From Antechinus flavipes (taxonomy: Eukaryota), in assembly GCF_016432865.1 (NCBI RefSeq), contig NC_067398.1, forward strand, positions 117,304,001 through 117,368,000: DNA of 64,000 bases, given 5' to 3'. The position numbers and the translations under genes are program-made. The notes below the pieces were generated by a model that saw nothing but the letters and a program-made list of their open reading frames with translations, made no database searches and was not told where the DNA came from. This document shows positions 11,710 to 26,756 of this stretch, one piece after another. Numbering within the stretch: position 1 is the stretch's first letter; every line of letters starts with the position of its first letter.

Positions 11710-14070
11710 AAAGTCTTACAATATGTAGATGATCCTCTTGTGACAGGGAGGAAAAGAATGACATTGTCCAAGTCACTATCAGTTTGTTAAATTATTTAGG
11801 GACATGGGGGACTGAGAATTTCTTAAGACAAATTGCAATTTGTGAAATGTGAGGTAAAATATTTAAGTTATTGTATAAGTGAAGGAAAAAGAGATTAGAC
11901 CCTGTACGGGCAGAGGGGATTCTTGGAATTCCTAAGCCTAGGATGAAAGAGAGCCTCCGGAAATTTCTAGGATTGGTCAGGTATTGTAGAACCTGGATTG
12001 ATGAATATGTATTATTAACTAAGTCTTTATATACTCATTTGTTAGAAGAGAAACCAGATATAGTGCAATGGGATCCAGAAGGAGAACAGAGTTTTGGTCA
12101 AAAATGTTAGACCCAGTTGCAAAGGGGTGGCCTATTTGTATTCAAGCTGTGGCAGCCACGGCATTTTTGATAGAAGAAAGTTGGAAGTTAACCTTGGGGT
12201 GGGGGTGCAGTTTAATGGTGAGTGTCCCGCACCAAGTTCAATCAATTCTGTATCAAAGGGCCGGGAGGTGGCTAACTGATTCAAGGATTTTAAAATATGA
12301 AGCAATTTTACTGGAAAGAAATGATTTGGTATTCTCACCAGACCACAACCTTAATCCAGCCATGTTTTTATCTGCTTCCCCTGGGGAACACGTGTCCCTT
12401 GAACATGATTGTCTAAATGTGATTGATTACCAAACTAAGATTAGGTAAGATTTGCAGGAGGCCCCTTTGTTAAAAGGCGCTCAATGGTTCATAGATGGGT
12501 CCTCATGAGTAGTTAATGGGAAAAGGGAAAAATGGATATGCTATTGTTGATGGGGAGGACTTGACTCTGGTTCAAGTTGGATCCTTCCCAAAAGAGTGGT
12601 CAGCTCAAACTTGTAAATTATATGCATTAAATCAAGCCCTAAAATTGCTTGAAGGAAAGAATGGAACCGTATATATATACGGATTCAAAATATGCCTGGG
12701 GAATTGTTCACATATTTGGAAAAATATGGGAGGAAAGGAGAATGGTAAATAGTAAAGGTAAGGGATTGGCACACAGGGCATTGGTCACTGAAATTTTGAC
12801 TAATCTTATGTTACCTAAGAATGTTGCAGTGATTCATGTGCAAGGGCATCAAAGAGGAGATTCATTTGAGACAAGGGGAAACTGCTTTGCGAATGAGGAG
12901 GGGAAACGGGCTGGAGAAGAGGAATCTGTAAGTACGGAGGAGATGATGGTGCTAATTCTGGCATTTCTGCCTCCAATGCCTCCATCTTCCCTTACCCCAG
13001 AAGAGAAGCAGGAAACCCAAAGCCTTGACACTCAGGAGGATAAAGAGGGGCACTGGCTCCTCCCTGATAGCAGAGAGGTACTGACCACAGCAGGTACTAG
13101 ACATGTACTCCCACATTTACATCAGGGCAGTCATTGGGGTGTCCAGAACCTGTGTGACGTGGTGCTGACTAAGTTGGTGGTACTGGGCTTGTACACAATA
13201 GCAGGCAACTGGCCAACGGGTGTCCTGCTTGTCAGAGGATGAATAGAGTGGCCCAATAACAAGTCCAGAAAGGAGGGAGGCCCCCTGATATCAGGCCTTT
13301 CCAAAGCATTCAAGTGGACTTTACTGAACTGCCACTAGTGGGGCGTCTCAAATACATGTTGGTTGTAGTGGACCATCTGACCTCATGGGTGGAAGCCTTC
13401 CCCCTTGCCAGGGCAACAGCCTCAGTGGTTATAAAAATTCTTCTTGAACGCATCATTCTGGGGTTGGTGGAGCGAATAGATTTGGACCAAAGAACTCATT
13501 TTATAGCCAGAGTCCTCCAATCTATAGCCCAAGCTCTAGAAATATTCTGGGATTTGTATACCCCATGGCATCCACCCTCATTAGGCAAAATGGAAAGGAT
13601 GAATCAGGAAATTAAATGGCAATTAACTAAATTGGCCTTAAAAACACAATTGCCCTGGACTAAGTGCCTTCCCTTTGCCTTGCTAAGGATTAGAACAAAA
13701 CCTTGGAGGGATGTGGGATTATCACCTTATGAATTATTGTATGGTCACCCTTATCCAAAAGGGATTCAAAATTCTTCCTTGGACCCAATATTTGAGACTA
13801 AGGATTTGTTTTTAAGGAAATATGTCATGTCTCTACTGCAACATCTGAAAACTTTATAACTAAAAGGGCTTATTGCTCATACTCTTCCCTTAGGATTCGC
13901 AGTGCATAAATTCTAGCCTGGAGACTGGGTCCTAGTTCAGACATAGACGGAGGACAAGCTGACCCTGAGCTGGAAAGGACAGTTCCAGATCCTCCTAACA
14001 TCAGACACAGCAGTTGGTATCAAAGAGAGAGGATGGACTCACCATACCAGAATTAAAGGACCAGTGGATG
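11710..14070 (+). pseudogene. pol: ERV pol remnant (RT C-terminal half, RNase H, integrase)
   Basis: LQYVDD at 11716-11733; FLGLVRYCRTWID; KMLDPVAKGWP; RNase H WFIDGSS / YTDSKYAWG / HVQGHQ; integrase DFTELP...WVEAFP...HPPSLGKMERMNQ...SPYELLYG. Multiple stops and frameshifts. Confidence 0.93.
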
Positions 14071-14137
14071 CTCCAAGGGTGTGGACTTTGAAGCTGAATC
14101 CAGAGGAGCAGTTAAAGCAAACGTTAAAAAGGACCTG

Positions 14138-15993
14138 ATGAATTGTGCATGCAAAATCTTAATAGTAGTATTGATCTGGGGTACTATACTGGGGCTTTTT
14201 CTGGTAGTGTTAGATTTTATTTTCTGTTGGACAGTGTTACTTCAACTCAGAAATCTGACATATTATTTGGTAGAATGGAGGCCAAACAAAACATACACAG
14301 AAGGGGATTGTGCTTTCTATCCCTAGGTATAACACTACCCTTGTTGCACCAATCCCTAATCCTTTACTGAAGGAAGGCAATAGCTTCTAGAACTTGCTTC
14401 AGGTTATTGCCGATACATTTTATCTTAAAAACTGCTGGATATGTGGGGAACCTGAACAACTCACATGATGGCCCTGGATACCTGTCCCTTTATATCCAGC
14501 CTGGATATTGAGTAATAGATCAGTTGTACATGACGGTACAGGATTTTGGTCAGATCAGGAGGACCATCAGTGGAAACTAACGAATGCTGTCCCAGGAGGA
14601 CATTGTTTAAATCAAACAGGCACAGGGCCTTGGATGGGAGAAAATAAATGCAAATGGGCTTTTACCCGCCGGCCAGAAAAGGTAGATATTATAGATTGTA
14701 GTAAATATAAAAATAGATGGGATAAAACAAGTGTTGTTTGTGATGATGGGTCAGTGACTAAATGTACTCATCAACATGCAGCAGAGGGTAGTGAAGAATG
14801 CTTGAAGGAATTTAAAAAGAAACCAACTTGTCAAACACCCCGAGATTTATGGAGATGTTTAAGGTTAAATAGTACAAAGTCAGGTACTGCTAGTACTGTA
14901 ATGGGATGGAAGTGGGAAAATAGTAATGAAACTATTAGAAGAATGTTTAGTAACTTTTGGAGTAATATAGATTTTACTGGGAAAAATGATTGTAATTGCA
15001 CTTGGATGCCTGAAAAGCAACTTTGGAAGTGCAATTCAAACCATGAAAGGGGGACCGTTAGACCCACGGAATGTTATATATTTCCCATCCTCAATAGGAG
15101 CTTTTATCTTCTGGCATGAGAAAAACCCAGCTTTAAGGGGACACTATTGGATTTATGGCCAGATGACATATACTCACCTCCCAAGGAATTGGACTGGGTG
15201 TTGTTATATAGGTACAATAAGGCCCAAGTTTTCCTTCCTTCCAGAAGATAGTGACAATTAGGAATACGACTAGCATAGATACTTCTCTGATTCAAACAGG
15301 CGATGCTAATGGATGGGAAGTACATGGCCCTCAGAAAGAATCATCAAAGAGTAAGGGCCAGCCACATGGGTCAGGATGGAGGCTGGGGGTATAGGACAAC
15401 AATATATATATTAAATAGGTTAATTAAATTGCAAGCAGTTCTGGAGATAACAACTAATCAAACTGCTCAGGCCCTTGATCTGCTAGCTGATCAAGCCATT
15501 CAAACACGAGAAGCTGTTTTACAGCATCGACTTGTCTTAGATTATTTGCTAGCAGAGGAAGGAGAGGTCTGTGGAAAATTAAACTTGTCCACTTGTTGCA
15601 TGCAAATTGATGATAATGGGTGAGTAGTAAAAGAAATTACAAAAGGCATTCGCAGAATAGTTCATGTGCCTACACAGGAGTGGAAATTTCTTTTCTAATA
15701 GTTGGTAGTCCTGGTTTGATGGTAGCTGGTGGAAATGACTTTTATGGTATGGACTAATTGCAATCAGTGGCATTATATTGTTACCATTATGTTTGCCCTG
15801 CATGATTACATTAATAACCAGAATAGTTCAATGCTCCCTATCGAAATTATTGCTTCCAGAGGATGCTGTTAAGATGATGATTCTCCAGAAAAGAGACAGG
15901 AGGATGCTGGAAGGAGATAATTCTGATAGTGAACTTGACAAACAATGTGTAAGTCTGTTAACTGACTTTGAGCAATGTGTAAGTTCTTCATAG
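14138..15993 (+). pseudogene. env: ERV env remnant, ERV3/HERV-I-like
   Basis: Hydrophobic leader from ATG 14138; CWIC (CXXC) at 14433-14444; YWIYG...LPRNWTGCCYIGTIRP; [26 protein letters not shown]; immunosuppressive domain [15 protein letters not shown] from 15519; CX7CC ([10 protein letters not shown]) at 15570-15599; TM anchor. Stops and frameshifts present. Confidence 0.92.
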
Positions 15994-16021
15994 ACAATAT
16001 GATAAAAATCATTTACATATT

Positions 16022-16033
16022 AGAAGGGGGGAG
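16022..16033 (+). promoter_or_regulatory. Polypurine tract
   Basis: AGAAGGGGGGAG immediately before the 3' LTR TG. Confidence 0.85.
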
Positions 16034-16034
16034 C

Positions 16035-16562
16035 TGTGTGTATAGTTGAAGAACTTCCAGCAGCTGTTTGTAGTAAAGATAAGATGAAGAACTTCCAAGG
16101 ACATTTAAATTCCTTCTATATTTTAGTTTCTCTAGGTCTCTATGACCTAAGTATGTTGAATAGTAGCCAAAGTACTTAGATTTTAGATATATGTATTTAA
16201 TCTAGAATGATGACATTTATCGCTGTATCAAGTTCAAGTTAGACAACTAGTTACCTGATGTATGGTTCCTCCCGGAACTAGGGAATCTGCTGTTTTTGGC
16301 ACGAATAACATCCAATTAAGGGGTGGGGGGGCACCTATCTCTTAATGTTCTCCAACTCATGATATAATCCTTTGTAACTAAAACCTATAAAACTGTATAC
16401 CTTATTCCCTTCTTTAGCCCTTCTACCGTGAGCTCTCTCTCTCCCTCCTCGCGGTGGAATTGCTCATTCTCATGAGAATTAATTAAATAAACAACTTTTC
16501 TGCTTTTTACTTCAAAAGGTCTCTGAGTAGTAATTTTTGGATAGAATTTTCTATCCCTCACA
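16035..16562 (+). repeat. 3' LTR
   Basis: Direct-repeat partner of 9054-9592. Confidence 0.93.
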
Positions 16563-16589
16563 CACACACATATATAAAATAGCTTTATA

Positions 16590-16715
16590 TATTATATATA
16601 TTATAGCTTTTTATTTACAAAACATATGCATAAGTAATTTTTCAACACTGACCCTTGCGAAACTTTCTGTTCTAACTTTTCTCCTTTTTCTCCCCACCCC
16701 TCCCCTAGATAGCTT
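16590..16715 (-). mobile_element. Very short L1 3'-end fragment
   Basis: tatagctttttatttacaa...tatgcat...taattttt matches the L1 tail at 5068-5170. Confidence 0.7.
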
Positions 16716-17849
16716 GTATAGACTTTATTAGCAGCCAAAAAGGACATATGGGAAAATTGTGAATAGAAGTGACATGATCAGATCTGTACATAATAATTTG
16801 AATCCTGTGCAGAGGTTGATGTGTTGGGATGTAGATGAGATAAATGAAAAAAAATAAAAATAATTTTTTTAATTACCAAAAAAAAAATGAAAAGGGCCAA
16901 AGAGAAAGCCTTGGAGAATAATTTTATTAAAGATCTGGGAAGAAGACCAACCAGAGAAGGAAGCAGAGAAGGAATAGTTAAAAGTAAAACCTAGAGAGTG
17001 CTGTGTCACAGAAGGCAAGGGAATGTTAAAGAGGAGGATTCTCTTTCTCTGTGTGTGCAAACAATAAGACCATTTATTTAGAACATAAATGCATAATAAA
17101 GCACATTCCTAGTGAGTATAGTTTCATTTCCCTTCCCCCCAGAGTAGTTTGGGTTTTGGTTGCCATCAAAACTCATGATTCTGATAGGGAAAGATTTGTT
17201 CTCTGGGTTTCTCCTTACAGGAAGAGGGTTTCACCAGTGTCAAATGTCCCATAGGTCAGAGACAAGAAGAGGAAGAGGTGGAAGGAAGGAAATGGGGTAG
17301 TTTCTTGGGCTCTGCATTTGCACCAGCTGGAGGGATTCTGTGTATTTTCAGACCTCTTGTTCATTTCTCAGATCAGATGTCGTTTACAGGAAACTTCTAG
17401 ATCCAAGCAGCTTTCCTGAATGTTGCCTTGTATTGGCAGACATCCATTTCCTTCTCCAAATCATTTCACAGATGAGGAATACAAGGCAAAGGGGATTAAG
17501 TGACTTGCCCAAGTATCTATCTGGGTCTGGATTTGAATTCAGACATGTATTGGCAGTATATCCGAATGCTTGTTAGATACACTCAGTTAAGCCTAAGTTT
17601 TTTTTAGTGTAATGACTGTTCTTTGTCTTTGCAACCTTAGTAAATCTTTAATGTTTATTGAAATTAACTTAATTTCTAAGATTCTTTTAGTTGCAGTTAT
17701 ATGACTGATTTAATAGGCTGAATCAGTTGCCTTCTATATGGAAGCTAGTGCCGGGAAATGTAAATCATAATCACCAGAAAATGATTTTTACAACACTACA
17801 TTGGCAAAATAATTGTGATCTTATGTGACAGTCATATAACAAACTTCCC

Positions 17850-18407
17850 TGTGTAATACTAATGAAGGGACCCCAAACTCCAAAACTCCTTGAAGTAGAA
17901 AATCTTCAACTCTGCCTCAGTGAGGGACCCCAAGAGGGAAACAAGACAGTTTCATTCTGTTATCTAGGGGGGGTTGGTTCAGTCCTGAGCAAAAGAATTC
18001 CAACCCTATTCAATTAAAGAAACTTATTCAATTCTATTCAATTTCCAGCTCAAGCTGAAACCCAGCTTGTAGGTGAGCCAACTTGGGCTGTCCCAGCTCC
18101 CACTGGATCTATCCTGCTTGGGCTGTCCCAGCCCCCACTAAGACCCAATATAATAGCTTCCTTCAACGAAGGTCTTTTGCAGATGGACCTCGGTAGCTCA
18201 CTCAGCTGCCAGGACTTTTTGTCCACTGAGAACTGCATTCTCAGTGCAAAACTCCATTTTCCAATAGATCTGCCACTATAGAAGTCAGTCTCTTGGTAAA
18301 CTGATTTCTATCTAACAATAAACTTTCATTTTGCAACTAATAATTCGGGAATGAGCGAATTCTTTCACTCCTAAAACCTGTGGCCGATTTAAAGGAGATT
18401 CTTAACA
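17850..18407 (+). mobile_element. Probable LTR relic
   Basis: Internal ~36-bp duplication (gggctgtcccagc(t/c)cccact, 18085-18138), TATA-like tatagaa, AATAAA ~18317, ends ttaaca. No convincing TSD, so boundaries are uncertain. Confidence 0.45.
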
Positions 18408-18984
18408 ACTCTCTTATAGCCACGAATCTAGACTACTCAAACAGCATCACAATAATCCCCACCCATGAATCATAGCAGATCTCTATCTAGCACTTTATTG
18501 AGTCACTAATATCTTGTAATTGCATGAATAAGTTTTTTTTTTTTAAGGGCTTATCAAATTAGCAAGGACTAAACACAGATCCTGCCAGGCCTATTGTATG
18601 TTCTTCTGGGGTCTATTAAATTGGCATATGAGTCATGCTACCTTGAATTGGTATATCTGGTCCAGAAGCAAATTATGGGGGAATTATAGAAGTCTCTGCC
18701 TGGTCATTTAAGAAGAAAAATAATTTACTGAAATCCTGCAGATATGTTTTTATAATCCTACCCTATTGAACAGTTGTTCTTTTTGTCCTTTCAAGGAATT
18801 TAATGATAGGGAGCAGCAATGTATAGATAAACTAGAGGAAGAGTTCCATCATATTAAAAAGAACTTCTAGGAAAGATTAATGGAAAGCTAGGAATAAGAT
18901 TCACACACAAAAGACAGGATGGGTTGCTTTGTGTATACTCCATGGAAGAGAGCAATGATAATCAGTATCAAAGAAAATCTAAGT

Positions 18985-19195
18985 GGTGAAGTGGATAAAG
19001 GCCTGGGACCTCTAGTTAGGAAGACCTGAATTCAAATCCAGACCCAGATACTTGGACAAACTTAACCCCCTTTGCCTTGTATTCCTCATCTGTGAAATGA
19101 TTTGGAGAAGGAAATGGCAAACCACTTCAGTTTCTTTGCCAAGAATACCCCAAATGAGATCACCAAGAGTTGGATAGGATTGAACAGTAACATCC
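18985..19195 (+). mobile_element. CORE/MAR1-like SINE
   Basis: gaagacctgaattcaaatccagacccagatact...gagaaggaaatggcaaaccacttcagtttctttgccaagaatacccc. Similar copies at ~23050-23200 (-), ~52760-52940 (-) and ~60945-61190 (+). Confidence 0.65.
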
Positions 19196-19605
19196 GAGGA
19201 AATAGCGTATCTGTACTGGAGAAAAGGTAGGCAGATTGCTATATATTGTTGACTGGTGAGTTTAACTCATGGTTTCTGTCATTCTCCAGGGTTGGGTGTT
19301 TTTTTTTTTTTTTTAACTCATATAATTGAACAGCCATTGCTATTCTAAATTATTATCCTCTGTGCATCTTTCTCAGTCCAATTTGTGCTCAGGAAAAAAA
19401 AAAAAAAAAAACACAGACTGAGCTGAGATAAATGCACAAGGGATGATGTTTCTAACAGCAGATGGTCCAGCTGCAGACTGGCTCATGTCACATCCCAGCC
19501 TGCTGCCAATAAGCTTCCTATCCCTTTCAAGATCAAATGCAAATCTCTCTTCTTGGTGATCCAAGTTCCTCCTAACCTAGATCCCTCTTACCGTGCCAGT
19601 CCCCC

Positions 19606-20054
19606 TGAACGAGATGAGGTGAGATCTTTCAAGATAGTTGTGAAAATTGAATAAGGCGTCATCTACTTCAGAGTTGGAGTAGGTCTGAAGGACTTTAAGA
19701 ATTGAGTCAAGGGCATACTTAAATCCCCTTTCTGCTATCCTCCCATGACATTAGTGTCTCCCTATTTCAGTCACATATGGGCAACTATGTACTTATTGGT
19801 CAAGTTCAATTTCTTGGGTAATTCCAAGTTTAGAATGTAAGATCCTCAGCCAATAAGAATGAGGGTCAGTGGTGGGAGGGTATTTGGGATTAAAAGCGGT
19901 GTTGGTGCCCCATGGTGCTTCCTCCCTTCCATTGTGTGCTCCACGGGTGGGACGCCCTTCTCCAGAGAATGTATAATAAACTTTGCTTTGCTTCTAGAGA
20001 GCTCTCCCGCTTTTTTTTATTAAATGGTGACCCCCTCACCATTTCTGAACCACA
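19606..20054 (+). mobile_element. Solo LTR about 1 kb upstream of the MAPK3 ATG
   Basis: CCAAT ~19850, TATA-like attaaaa ~19888, AATAAA ~19975, ends CCACA. 5-bp TSD CCCCC (19601-19605, 20055-20059) if the start is TG 19606; an alternative start at TGTG 19639 has no TSD. Confidence 0.65.
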
Positions 20055-21084
20055 CCCCCTTTCTTCTCGTGGCTTCCTAGCTGCTCCAGGGAGAAAGTCC
20101 GTCCTCTCCGGCTCCATGCCCGGATTATCCCACTAGATTCCCCATCTAGTGCCCAAACCGCCTTAATCCGAGTGCCTTCCCTTTCTTGGTCACTTCCTAT
20201 TTGTCCTGCTTGGTGGTTTATATGTGCTGGCCGGGTTTTCCGTTAGATTGTAAGCTCCTTGAAGGCAGGAGCCATCTTTTGCCTCTTTATCTCCAGGACT
20301 GAGCACGATGTCTGGCACACCCTCGGCCTGGCTGAGATGGAAACCTTTGCCAAATACACATTAATTCCCTGTCCATGAAAAAGAAAAGCCGCCCTTCCAA
20401 AGATAACCTCTGTGGATGTTCCCGGCATCTGCTGCCAACACTGGCTAGTTAACTAGTTACCTAGAGTCTAGACCCTGTCCCCGTAGTGTTATAAGATCAC
20501 AGATTCGGAGCTGGGAGCTGTCCTTGGAGATGGTGGCGTCGGGACCACCCTTTTCCAGAGGGGAAAGTCAGGTGGCTTGCCCTAACGCACCCTTCAGAGG
20601 GATGCAAGTCTGACAGCCTTTCGGGCTTTTCCCACCGGCTAACTAGGAGGAAGAGGCAAGCCTCCGCGAGCCCGGCTCTTCCTCCCACTTGGGCTTCCCG
20701 TAACGCGCTTTAAGGAAGTCTAAGCAGTCTGACTACATTGGAGGGCCTCGTCCCAGCCGCCTCAAGCTAGAAAGCCTGGGATCTCGCCTCTCAGGCCAGG
20801 GCGTGGGGTACGAGGTTCTGGACATGCTCCCAGAAGGCTCGGGCCTGAAGGGAGGGTAAGGGGGAGGTGAGGGGGGGGGGGGGAGGACGCCTAGGCGGGG
20901 CAAAGGCGTCCCGGGCAGGTGGCCCAAGCGCAGGCGCCGAACCCGGATGCCCAATAGTCCTGACTCGAGGGCTGGCTCGAGTCGGGGGGCGGGGCCGGCG
21001 CGGCGGGGTGACGACACGAAGGCGGGGCCGGCGCGCGCCTAGGCGGGACCCCGGGCGGAGCCGCGGGGAGGGAGGGGAGTGGAG

Positions 21085-26555
<5,471 letters not shown>

Positions 26556-26689
26556 AACAAGGATCCTCTCCTCTTGAGGACCTGGTAAGTACTTCTGATC
26601 CATCCTATGTTACACATCCTATGTTCAAACACCTAACTACAGCCCTGTTACCATAAACAAACTGCTACAAACATCTGAGGACGCAAAGG

Positions 26690-26690
<1 letters not shown>

Positions 26691-26756
<66 letters not shown>
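26691..26756. repeat. (CT)24 plus (AT)n microsatellite
   Basis: Direct reading; lies in the MAPK3 last intron. Confidence 0.95.

Larger units (their letters stand above)
9054..16562 (+). mobile_element. Defective class I (gamma-like) endogenous retrovirus provirus
   Basis: Paired LTRs 9054-9592 and 16035-16562, primer-binding site, polypurine tract, pol (RT/RNase H/IN) and env remnants in the expected order. Confidence 0.95.
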
